From: an uncultured Alphaproteobacteria bacterium
GTDB lineage: Bacteria; Pseudomonadota; Alphaproteobacteria; UBA6615
Direction of reading: 5' to 3'
DNA length: 64,000 bases
Assembly (NCBI GenBank): GCA_943787745.1
Contig: CALSNJ010000005.1
Location: 108,455-172,454 of the forward strand
Shown: in pieces, positions 18,715 to 28,727 of the stretch
Position numbering within the stretch: position 1 is the first letter of the stretch
Layout of the letters: every line of letters begins with the position of its first letter
Notes under the pieces: generated by a model
Told to the model about the DNA's origin: nothing
Databases searched by the model: none
Seen by the model: only the letters and a program-made list of their open reading frames with translations
Program-made: the position numbers and the translations under genes

Positions 18715-20889
18715 ATGACGGATATGATCCAGGCCGGAAACATTCAGGTTGCCGCCGAGCTCTATAATTTCATCAACGATGAAGCATTGCCGGGAACCGG
18801 CGTCGACCAGGATCATTTCTGGGCTTCTGTTGATTCACTGGTCAACGAGCTGGGCCCGCGCAACGCGGAACTGCTGGCAAAGCGCGACGACCTTCAGGCC
18901 AAGCTCGATGCCTGGCACAAGGCGCACCGTGACAGTGAATTCGACCCGACGGCCTACAAGGCCTTCCTGACCGAGATCGGCTATCTGGTGGCTGAAGGCG
19001 AGGCATTCGGCGTCGAAACCGCCAATGTGGACCCGGAAATCTCGACCATCGCCGGCGCCCAGCTGGTGGTGCCGATCACCAATGCCCGTTACGCGCTGAA
19101 CGCGGCCAATGCCCGCTGGGGCAGCCTGTACGACGCGCTTTATGGCACGGATGTCATTTCCGAAGATGGCGGCGCCGAGCTCGGCTCTGGTTACAATCCG
19201 GCCCGTGGTGCAAAGGTCATTGCGTATGCGCGTGATGTGCTCGATTCTGCCGCAACTCTGGCGTCTGGCTCGCATGCAGACGCAACCGGTTACACGGTTG
19301 AAGGTGGTGCGCTGGCGGTTGCCACCGGATCGGGCTCGACCGGTTTGGCCGATCCGTCCCAATTTGTTGGCTATCGCGGTGACGCCGGTGCCCCCAGCGC
19401 CATTCTGCTGGTGCATAACAATCTGCACATGGAAATCGTGATCGATCGAAGCCACCCCATCGGCAAGGATGATGCCGCCGGTGTGGCCGATCTGGTGCTC
19501 GAAGCGGCCATGACCACGATCATGGATTACGAAGATTCCGTGGCGACCGTCGATGCCGAGGACAAGGTTGTTGCCTATTCCAACTGGCTCGGCCTCAACA
19601 AGGGCACGCTGACCGCATCCTTCGAGAAGGGCGGCAAGACCGTCGAGCGCGCCATGGAAGGCGACCGGACTTATACAGCTCCTGACGGTGGTGAGCTGAC
19701 CCTGCACGGGCGTTCGCTGATGCTGGTCCGCAATGTCGGTCATCTGATGACCATTGGCATGGTGACCGACAAGGACGGCAACCCGGCCTTTGAAGGCATT
19801 CTCGATGGCATCTTCTCGGCGCTGATCGCGATGCACGACCTGCAGGGCAAGGGCACCCACGCCAACAGCCGTGCGGGTTCGGTCTACATCGTGAAGCCGA
19901 AAATGCACGGGCCGGAAGAGGTTGCCTTTTCCGATGAGCTGTTCGGCAAGATCGAGGACGCGCTTGGTCTGGCGCGCAACACCATCAAGATGGGCATCAT
20001 GGATGAGGAACGCCGCACCACGGTGAACCTCAAGGAATGCATCCGGGCCGCCAAGAACCGCGTGTTCTTCATCAACACAGGCTTCCTCGATCGCACGGGC
20101 GACGAGATGCACACCTCCATGGAAGCCGGCGCGATGATCCGCAAGGGTGACATGAAGGCCGCGCCGTGGATCCAGTCCTACGAGGACTGGAACGTGGATA
20201 TCGGTCTGGAATGTGGCCTGCCGGGCCATGCCCAGATCGGCAAGGGCATGTGGGCTATGCCGGACCTGATGGCGCTCATGATGGAGCAGAAAATCGGTCA
20301 TCCGAACGCTGGTGCCAACACCGCCTGGGTGCCCTCACCAACCGCCGGTACGCTGCATGCGCTGCATTATCATCAGGTTGATGTGGCCGCGCGTCAGGCC
20401 GAGCTCAAGTCACGTGGCCGGGCCAATATCGACAACATTCTGACCATTCCGGTCACGGACCGGCCGAACTGGCCGGACGCCGACATTCAGGCTGAGCTCG
20501 ACAACAATGCTCAGGGTATTCTGGGTTACGTCGTCCGCTGGATCGATCAGGGCGTTGGCTGTTCCAAAGTGCCCGATATCAACGATGTCGGACTGATGGA
20601 AGATCGCGCGACCTTGCGGATTTCCAGCCAGCACATCGCCAACTGGATGCATCACGGCATCGCCTCGCAAGAGCAGGTGATGGAGACCATGAAGCGCATG
20701 GCCGGCGTGGTCGACGAGCAGAATGCCGGTGACCCGCTCTATCGCCCGATGGCCGAGGATTTCGATGGCTCGATTGCCTTCCAGGCAGCCTGCGATCTGG
20801 TCTTCAAGGGACTGGTGCAGCCCAACGGCTACACCGAGCCGATCCTGCACGCCCGTCGTCTCGAGGCGAAAGCCAAGTTCGGCGGTTAG
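18715..20889 (+). CDS. glcB: Malate synthase G
   Basis: 724 aa; [65 protein letters not shown]. Confidence 0.97.
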   Translation: MTDMIQAGNIQVAAELYNFINDEALPGTGVDQDHFWASVDSLVNELGPRNAELLAKRDDLQAKLDAWHKAHRDSEFDPTAYKAFLTEIGYLVAEGEAFGVETANVDPEISTIAGAQLVVPITNARYALNAANARWGSLYDALYGTDVISEDGGAELGSGYNPARGAKVIAYARDVLDSAATLASGSHADATGYTVEGGALAVATGSGSTGLADPSQFVGYRGDAGAPSAILLVHNNLHMEIVIDRSHPIGKDDAAGVADLVLEAAMTTIMDYEDSVATVDAEDKVVAYSNWLGLNKGTLTASFEKGGKTVERAMEGDRTYTAPDGGELTLHGRSLMLVRNVGHLMTIGMVTDKDGNPAFEGILDGIFSALIAMHDLQGKGTHANSRAGSVYIVKPKMHGPEEVAFSDELFGKIEDALGLARNTIKMGIMDEERRTTVNLKECIRAAKNRVFFINTGFLDRTGDEMHTSMEAGAMIRKGDMKAAPWIQSYEDWNVDIGLECGLPGHAQIGKGMWAMPDLMALMMEQKIGHPNAGANTAWVPSPTAGTLHALHYHQVDVAARQAELKSRGRANIDNILTIPVTDRPNWPDADIQAELDNNAQGILGYVVRWIDQGVGCSKVPDINDVGLMEDRATLRISSQHIANWMHHGIASQEQVMETMKRMAGVVDEQNAGDPLYRPMAEDFDGSIAFQAACDLVFKGLVQPNGYTEPILHARRLEAKAKFGG

Positions 20890-20916
20890 ACTCGGATTTC
20901 AGGCATGAGATAGAAG

Positions 20917-20948
20917 AGGGCGGGTTTCAGACCCGCCCTTTTTCTTTG
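20917..20948. terminator. Likely bidirectional terminator between glcB and ramB, derived from a family B REP hairpin
   Basis: AGGGCGGGTTTCAGACCCGCCCT with a T tract 3' and an A-rich tract 5'. Confidence 0.7.
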
Positions 20949-20949
20949 G

Positions 20950-22413
20950 TCAGGCGCTGGCTGACGAATAGGCTGAAACGCCGCGGGCGTTCTCGTCGGT
21001 TTCCAGAGCATGTGCGACCGGTGGGAAGGCGCGCTGGCCGCAATCCATGCGTGGACAGGTGCGGCAGGACACACCAATCGGCACGATCCGTTCCGGGCGT
21101 TCAAGATTGATCCCGTCCGCATAGACCAGGGCTGCTGCATCACTCATCTCACAGCCCAGGCCGATCGACAGGTAGCTGCGGGGCTGGCCATAGCCGCCAT
21201 TGGCCTTGTGAACCGTGCGGGCGATGCAAAAGAAGGTTTTGCCGTCGGGCATTTGGGATATCTGGACGTTGATGGTGCCGGGCTGCAGAAACGCGGTGTA
21301 GACGTTCCAGCGCGGGCACGCCCCACCGTGGCGGGGGATGTGGATCCCCGAGAGCGAGAATCGTTTGGAGATGTTGCCGGCGATATCCGCGCGCAGCAGA
21401 TGGAATGGCACGCCGCGCTTGCGTGGGCGCTGCAAGGTGGTGAGGCGGTGGCAGGCCTGTTCGAAGCTCACTCCGAACCGGTGCTGGAGCAGTTCGACAT
21501 CATAGCGGTGGGTCTTGGCGGCCTTGTGGAAGGTGTCATAGGGCATCAAGAGCGCGCCCGCGAAGTAGTTGGCCAGCGCGATCCGGGCGAGGGTGCGCCC
21601 ATCTTCATTGGTGAAGTCCCCTTCGTCCACCAGCATGTCGATCTCGCGGTCTGCGGCGAGTAGCCCGATCTGGTGTGCAGCCTGAAAGTTTCGGCTGTCG
21701 GCGGGAAGCATTTTGGAGAGCCCGAGGATGCGCGAGTCGGGATCGAACCGCCGCACGGCGCGGGTATCGTCTTCGGGCATATCCATCACGCGCACACCGA
21801 AGGTGTTTGTCAGGAAGGTGCTCATCGCACCCAGCGTGTCTTCGCCGGACAGGGACGAATCGTGATTCACCCGTTCCGCGGATTCTTCGAGTTCGGGAAA
21901 ATAGTTTGCGCGCGCCTGCAGGAAGTCCGACACCTGTTCGCTGGGCAGCCGGTCACTGATTGTCACGTCATCATGATTGGTGCGCGCTTGGGCGCCGACG
22001 GTTTCGGCATCGTCACGCATGTTCCGGTAGCGGTCATAGAGCGCGAGAATTGCGCGGGCGACGGTGGAGTTGGAGGTCACCAGATCACGCACATCGGTGG
22101 TCGTCAGATCGATATCCCCGAACAGGTCATCGCCGAAGGCTTCCATCAGATCGGCGCTCAGGCGTCCTTCATCGCTCTCGGCGATCTCGCTGAGTTCGAG
22201 CTCGAACCGTTCGGCCAGTTTGATCAGCAGCGGGACGGTGAGGTTGCGCCGGTTGTGTTCGATCAGATTGAGATAGCTTGCCGAGATCCCGAGTTCGATC
22301 GCCAGGGCCGCCTGGCTCAGGCCTTCCTGCCGGCGCAAACGACGGATTCGGCCGCCGAGCTTCGGGGTGTCGGACTTCGGGGCGTCGGTGGATGCGATCT
22401 GGAGATTGGTCAT
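20950..22413 (-). CDS. ramB: Short-chain fatty acyl-CoA regulator (ScfR/RamB family, XRE HTH)
   Basis: ISASYLNLIEHNRR, NYFAGALLMPY, FEQACHRLTTLQRP, AGNISKRFS, GGACPRW, C-terminal CRTCPR.DC.QRA; divergent from aceA. Confidence 0.85.
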   Translation of the reverse strand: MTNLQIASTDAPKSDTPKLGGRIRRLRRQEGLSQAALAIELGISASYLNLIEHNRRNLTVPLLIKLAERFELELSEIAESDEGRLSADLMEAFGDDLFGDIDLTTTDVRDLVTSNSTVARAILALYDRYRNMRDDAETVGAQARTNHDDVTISDRLPSEQVSDFLQARANYFPELEESAERVNHDSSLSGEDTLGAMSTFLTNTFGVRVMDMPEDDTRAVRRFDPDSRILGLSKMLPADSRNFQAAHQIGLLAADREIDMLVDEGDFTNEDGRTLARIALANYFAGALLMPYDTFHKAAKTHRYDVELLQHRFGVSFEQACHRLTTLQRPRKRGVPFHLLRADIAGNISKRFSLSGIHIPRHGGACPRWNVYTAFLQPGTINVQISQMPDGKTFFCIARTVHKANGGYGQPRSYLSIGLGCEMSDAAALVYADGINLERPERIVPIGVSCRTCPRMDCGQRAFPPVAHALETDENARGVSAYSSASA

Positions 22414-22444
22414 GGCGGAATTCCGGGGTTTTCGACGGTTTCGC

Positions 22445-22491
22445 TTTACAGAATTTTCAATTGCGACGCAGCAAATTTACAAAAATTTACA
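22445..22491. promoter_or_regulatory. Putative RamB/ScfR operator direct repeats (TTTACA-N4-TTTACA)
   Basis: TTTACAGAATTTTCA (22445) and TTTACAAAAATTTACA (22476) in the AT-rich ramB-aceA spacer. Confidence 0.5.
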
Positions 22492-22607
22492 CGTTTTCTT
22501 CAACAATACCAGCAACTTGTTGCATTGTGCGTGTGCGCTGTCAATTCTTCACAGCATAGGTTGCGCGGCATGGTGTCGTTCAACGATATCTTTTACGGAG
22601 AATTCAA

Positions 22608-23924
<1,317 letters not shown>

Positions 23925-23950
23925 GATTGCGGGTCGGGAGTTGAGAGTGG

Positions 23951-23978
23951 GGGCTCGCGCTTCGGCGCGGGCCCTTTT
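23951..23978 (+). terminator. Intrinsic terminator after aceA
   Basis: GGGCTCGCGC-TTCG-GCGCGGGCCC-TTTT. Confidence 0.8.
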
Positions 23979-23996
23979 CTGTGGGGGAACTGTGTC

Positions 23997-25190
23997 TCAG
24001 CGTTCGGCAGTGCGCACGAGCCACATGCCGAACCCGGTCAGGACGCCCAGTCCCAGCAGGCAAGAGCCCAGCGGGATGGTGGTGCTTGTGTCCATATTGC
24101 TCAGCACGAAGACGATGATCGAGCCGATGCCCAATTGGGTGAAACCCAGAAAGGAGGACGCCGATCCGGCTATGCGCGGATCGACACCTGTCGCGCCCGC
24201 GAGCGCGTTGGGGAAAATGAACCCGTTGAAGAAGGCGAAGACGACAATCGGGGCCACGATGGTGAACACGCTGGGCGATTCGACGAAGATCACCAGCGAC
24301 AATGCGGGCAGGGTGATGCCGATGGTCGCCACCCAGAGCGTGCGGTCCAGTCCGAGTTTTCCCACCAGGCGGCTCGAAACATAGGCGCCAATCACGAATT
24401 GCGTGGCGATGACCATGAGCGACAGACTGAACTTGAACGGCGAAAGCCCCTGACCCTCGATCAAAAGGCCGGGTCCGACGGCGAGATACCCAAAAAACCC
24501 TGTGGTTCCGAACGCAAAGGTCAGTGTGTAGCCGATATAAAGGCGGGAATTGAACAATCGCGCATAGCGCATGAAGATGGTCGTCCAGCTGTCCGGCTGG
24601 CCGCCGTGCAAGGGCCGCGTTTCGCGCAGCCAGATGCTGGCCCCCAGCGCCATTACGCCGGCCATGATGGCGAGGAATCCAAAAATCCAGCGCCAGCCGA
24701 AATAGGTGTCGATCGCGCCGCCGATCACCGGGCCCACGGCAGGGGCAACGGATTGCAGCATGGCGACAAAAGCCATCATGCGGGCGGCTTCCAGCCCTCT
24801 ATAGGTGTCCTGAACGACAGCGCGCGGTGTGACGAGTGCGGCGCATCCGCCTGCGCCCTGAAGCACGCGTGCCAGAATCAAGATATCGATACTGTTTGCC
24901 AGGGCGGCGCCCACGCTGGCCACGCCATAGATCAGCAATCCGCCATAAAGAACGGGCTTGCGTCCAAACCGGTCGGACAACGGCCCCACGACGAGCTGGG
25001 AGACCGCGAAGCTCAAGAGAAAGGCTGAGATAATCAGCTGGGTTGTGCCGTATGTGGCACCAAAAGTGTTTGCGATGGCCGGGATAGACTGGACAGGGAT
25101 GCCAAGCGAAAGCGGACTGATGGCTGCGAGCAGCCCGAGAAAGGCAATCGGCGGGATCCGAGATTGCGACGTGGTGTCCGGGGTGCTCAT
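23997..25190 (-). CDS. Bcr/CflA-type MFS efflux transporter
   Basis: GPLSDRFGRKPVL motif A, ARVLQG.G, AP..GP.IGG, GWRWIF; about 12 hydrophobic segments. Confidence 0.88.
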   Translation of the reverse strand: MSTPDTTSQSRIPPIAFLGLLAAISPLSLGIPVQSIPAIANTFGATYGTTQLIISAFLLSFAVSQLVVGPLSDRFGRKPVLYGGLLIYGVASVGAALANSIDILILARVLQGAGGCAALVTPRAVVQDTYRGLEAARMMAFVAMLQSVAPAVGPVIGGAIDTYFGWRWIFGFLAIMAGVMALGASIWLRETRPLHGGQPDSWTTIFMRYARLFNSRLYIGYTLTFAFGTTGFFGYLAVGPGLLIEGQGLSPFKFSLSLMVIATQFVIGAYVSSRLVGKLGLDRTLWVATIGITLPALSLVIFVESPSVFTIVAPIVVFAFFNGFIFPNALAGATGVDPRIAGSASSFLGFTQLGIGSIIVFVLSNMDTSTTIPLGSCLLGLGVLTGFGMWLVRTAER

Positions 25191-25199
25191 CTTTGAGCG

Positions 25200-25613
25200 C
25201 TAGTCTTCGAGCCAGTCGGAAAAATACTTGCCCGCACCGCCACCAAGCTTGCCCGGGTCGGCCTGAAAGAGTTCGAGCAATACGCCATCGGGTGCCGGAC
25301 ACATGATGTATTTCCAGGCATCGAAATCGCGAATACCGCTGCGGAATTCAACACCCTTGCTGCGTAGACGCGTTTCAAGCGCTTCGAGATCGTCGGTACG
25401 AATGCCGATGTGGTGCACCGCGCCGTGTCCGTCGTCACGGGGTGCCTGATCGTAGAGATGCAGGCGACCAGAACCTATCCGCATGAAGACGTTGCGCGCG
25501 CCGCCAAATTCGCCGTCATAAGCGACTTCTGCACCCAGCATGTCGCACCACCAGGCAATCGTGGCCTCGATGTCTGAACAGAAGAGATGGGTGTGATGGA
25601 GGTGTTCGGTCAT
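25200..25613 (-). CDS. VOC (glyoxalase) family protein
   Basis: LHHTHL, VHHIGIRTDDL, PDGVLLELF. Confidence 0.85.
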   Translation of the reverse strand: MTEHLHHTHLFCSDIEATIAWWCDMLGAEVAYDGEFGGARNVFMRIGSGRLHLYDQAPRDDGHGAVHHIGIRTDDLEALETRLRSKGVEFRSGIRDFDAWKYIMCPAPDGVLLELFQADPGKLGGGAGKYFSDWLED

Positions 25614-25755
25614 GGGAAGTCCTGATGAAGGTTGTGTGATTCTATCATGACAGTGTGTTGGGCGCGTCCGGTTTCCTGCATGGCAGATGAGTGGCAGGAT
25701 GGTTGATCTTTGTTGGGTTTGAACCAATCTCAAACGCGCATATCTGGAGGGGTAT

Positions 25756-26646
25756 ATGACATTTATTGATCCGAAAATGCGCTACGAGAAAAAGTATCTC
25801 GAAGTAAATGGTCGACGTATCGCCTATGTGGATGAGGGCGAGGGCGACCCTATCGTGTTTGTCCACGGCAATGCGACGTCATCCTATATGTGGCGCAATG
25901 TCATGCCGCATCTTGAGGGGCTCGGCCGGCTGATTGCGCTCGACAATATCGGCCAGGGCGATTCCGACAAGCTGCCTGATAGCGGTCCCGACAGCTACAT
26001 GATCCCCGAGCATCTGATTTACTTCGATGGAGCGCTCAATGCGCTGGGTGTGCGGGAGAATGTGACATTTGTGATGCATGACTGGGGTGGATCGCTCGGG
26101 CTTTCCTGGGCCAACCGGCACCCGGATGCGCTCAAGGGTCTGGCCCATTGCGAAATCGTGGTCGCCAATCACGCGAGTTACGATTCCTATCGAGATGGCC
26201 ACGGAGAACGGGTCCGCCGGGCTCAGGGCCCCGAAGGCGAGGCATTGGTGCTCGAGGGTAATTTCTTTGTCGAGAATGTCTTCACCGGCGGGGTGATCCG
26301 TGAGGTTGATGCCGAGACCATGGCCGAAATTCGCCGCCCCTATGAGGAACCCGGCGAAGCCCGCCGCCCGACCCTGTCCTGGGTGAGGCAGATTCCCATT
26401 GGCGGAAAACCGGCCGAGGTTGCCGAAATGTCCGAACGTCTTGCGAACTGGATGGCAACAATCGACACCCCAAAGTTTTTTATTGAGGCAGACCCGGGCC
26501 AGATCATCGTTGATCGTGATCTCAGCATTATCGAAAGCTGGTCCAATCAGGACCGGATCAAGGTCCGTGGTCTACATCACCCGCAGGAAGATTCGCCCGA
26601 CGATATCGGGCGTGGTCTGGCGGATTGGTACAAGAAGATTTCGTAA
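25756..26646 (+). CDS. Haloalkane dehalogenase (HLD-II-like), copy 1
   Basis: HGNATSSYMWRN, MHDWGG, N.FVE, RRPTLSW.RQIP, GLHHPQEDSP. Confidence 0.88.
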   Translation: MTFIDPKMRYEKKYLEVNGRRIAYVDEGEGDPIVFVHGNATSSYMWRNVMPHLEGLGRLIALDNIGQGDSDKLPDSGPDSYMIPEHLIYFDGALNALGVRENVTFVMHDWGGSLGLSWANRHPDALKGLAHCEIVVANHASYDSYRDGHGERVRRAQGPEGEALVLEGNFFVENVFTGGVIREVDAETMAEIRRPYEEPGEARRPTLSWVRQIPIGGKPAEVAEMSERLANWMATIDTPKFFIEADPGQIIVDRDLSIIESWSNQDRIKVRGLHHPQEDSPDDIGRGLADWYKKIS

Positions 26647-26657
26647 ACCACGTGAAC

Positions 26658-26756
26658 TCAGCATCCTTCGAGACGGCGCTCTGCGCCTCCTCAGGATGAG
26701 GGCGGTTCGGTTTCAAAGACCTCATCCTGAGGAGCGAGCGTCTCGAAGGATGCTGA
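26658..26756. repeat. REP dimer family C (GCATCCTTCGAGACG/CCTCAGGATGAG)
   Basis: Long inverted arms; recurs at 48829 and 55046. Confidence 0.9.
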
Positions 26757-26865
26757 ATTGCTTCGACCCAAAGACCCACAAGATTTTTCTCAGTGAGGTG
26801 GCACTTTGGATGGTCTTGCCGCATCCTGCCGCCCTTCTTTGCTTTCAATGTTCTGGTGACCTGAA

Positions 26866-27753
26866 ATGACCGATATCAGCCCAAAAATGCCCTATGAAAA
26901 GCAGTTCGTGGAGGTGCTTGGACAGAAGATGGCTTATGTCGAGCACGGGGAAGGTGACCCGATCGTGTTCCTCCACGGCAATGCCACATCGTCCTATATG
27001 TGGCGCAATATCATGCCGCATCTTGAGGGCCAGGGTCGGTTGATCGCACTCGACAATATCGGCCAGGGTGACTCGGCCCGTTTGCCGAACTCGGGTCCGG
27101 ACACCTACACGCTGGCGGAACACCAGACCTATATCGATGGCGCGCTCGACGCGCTGGGTGTGGCGGACAATGTCACCTTCATGTTGCATGACTGGGGAGG
27201 CCCGCTGGGCATGAACTGGGCCCATCGTCATGCCGACAAGATCAAGGGGCTGGCCTATAGCGAGGTGCTGGTCTGCAATCACGAAGCTTACAGCGATTAT
27301 CCCGACGCGGTGGGCAACATGCTCAAGCGCCTGCGCACCGATGAAGGGGAAACGCTGGTTCTCGAGAACAACTTCTTTGTCGAAAATGTCTTTGTTGCGG
27401 GCGTCATCCGGGAGATCGACGAAGAGACCATGAACGAAGTTCGTCGTCCTTATGCCGAGCCGGGCGAAAGCCGACGGGCCACGCTCACCTGGCCGCGCCA
27501 AATTCCCATCGAGGGCGACCCCGCTGATGTGGCCGCGCTGATGGATGTTCTCTCGGAGTGGATGCAGACAAACGACATTCCGAAATTGTTTGTGAATGTG
27601 GATCCGGGCCAAATCGTCTTTGAAAAGGACCTGGCGATCCTGCGCTCCTGGTCCCACACCACCGAAGTGACCGTGCGGGGCAAACATCATCCGCAGGAGG
27701 ACTCACCGCATGAGATCGGCAAGGCGCTGTCAGATTGGTATGCTGCGCTCTGA
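26866..27753 (+). CDS. Haloalkane dehalogenase (HLD-II-like), copy 2
   Basis: HGNATSSYMWRN, LHDWGG, RRATLTWPRQIP, GKHHPQEDSP. Confidence 0.88.
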   Translation: MTDISPKMPYEKQFVEVLGQKMAYVEHGEGDPIVFLHGNATSSYMWRNIMPHLEGQGRLIALDNIGQGDSARLPNSGPDTYTLAEHQTYIDGALDALGVADNVTFMLHDWGGPLGMNWAHRHADKIKGLAYSEVLVCNHEAYSDYPDAVGNMLKRLRTDEGETLVLENNFFVENVFVAGVIREIDEETMNEVRRPYAEPGESRRATLTWPRQIPIEGDPADVAALMDVLSEWMQTNDIPKLFVNVDPGQIVFEKDLAILRSWSHTTEVTVRGKHHPQEDSPHEIGKALSDWYAAL

Positions 27754-27790
27754 GTAAAAGTGGACAACAGGAACCATAGGGGAACACGTC

Positions 27791-28696
27791 ATGGATTATG
27801 AAAAGGTCTGGGAAGAGGTCGAGTTCTACTCTAACGACCACAAGACAGCCGCTTATCTCTACCGCCCGAAAGACTGGAAGCCCGGCGATCCGCCGCGTCC
27901 GGCCATTTCGGTGCTGCATGGCTACACCGGTATGAAAGATGTGTACGGCATGGATGTCCCCCAGTGGCTTTGGGAGAACGGCTATTTCGTAATTTCCCAT
28001 GACTATCCCGGGTTCGGTGTCAGTGAGGGTGAACGTGGTCGCCATCGTCCGTTGGAACAGGCACAAAGCGTCTATGACGCGGTCACCTATTTGCAGACGG
28101 TCGATGGTGTTGATCCCGAACGTATTGGATATTACGGCTCCAGTTATGGCGGTGCTCATGCGATTTGGTGCGCGGCCTTTGACGAACGCGTGAAGGTCGT
28201 CGTATCGGCCGTGATGGTGGCTGACGGCGAGCGCTGGATGCAATCCGTACGACGTCCCCATGAATGGGAAGAGTTCAAGGCGAAGGTCGAAGAGGCTGAA
28301 ACCAAACGCGTGCTGACAGGAGAAAAAACGCATATTCCCTTGCCTGAGATCATGCTGACCGATCCGCACACCCAGATGGTGATCGATCAGTTTCATGCGA
28401 AGAGCGGTCGCTACAATCCTGAATATGACCTTGAAAGCGCCATGGCGAATATGCGCTACAAACCGGAATGGGTGGCGCACAGGATTTCGCCACGTCCGGT
28501 CCTTATGGTCTATGCCGAGAACGATTGTCTTGTGCCTCCGGCAGAGCAGTTGTCCTGTTACGAAGCACTTGGTGAGCCGAAGAAGCTCGTGAAATTGCCG
28601 GGCATTCAACACTACGAATCCTATCAATTTTGCAATGCCGAAGCGCACGCAATTCAGAAGGCCGAAGCGCTGGAATGGTTTGAGAAATACCTCTAG
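27791..28696 (+). CDS. Alpha/beta hydrolase (S15/S9-like serine hydrolase)
   Basis: DYPGFGVSEG, VDPERIG..GSSYGG nucleophile elbow, D.LVP, C-terminal HYE. Confidence 0.8.
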   Translation: MDYEKVWEEVEFYSNDHKTAAYLYRPKDWKPGDPPRPAISVLHGYTGMKDVYGMDVPQWLWENGYFVISHDYPGFGVSEGERGRHRPLEQAQSVYDAVTYLQTVDGVDPERIGYYGSSYGGAHAIWCAAFDERVKVVVSAVMVADGERWMQSVRRPHEWEEFKAKVEEAETKRVLTGEKTHIPLPEIMLTDPHTQMVIDQFHAKSGRYNPEYDLESAMANMRYKPEWVAHRISPRPVLMVYAENDCLVPPAEQLSCYEALGEPKKLVKLPGIQHYESYQFCNAEAHAIQKAEALEWFEKYL

Positions 28697-28727
28697 TACA
28701 GCCTGAAGCTGACTGGGAATTTGTGTG

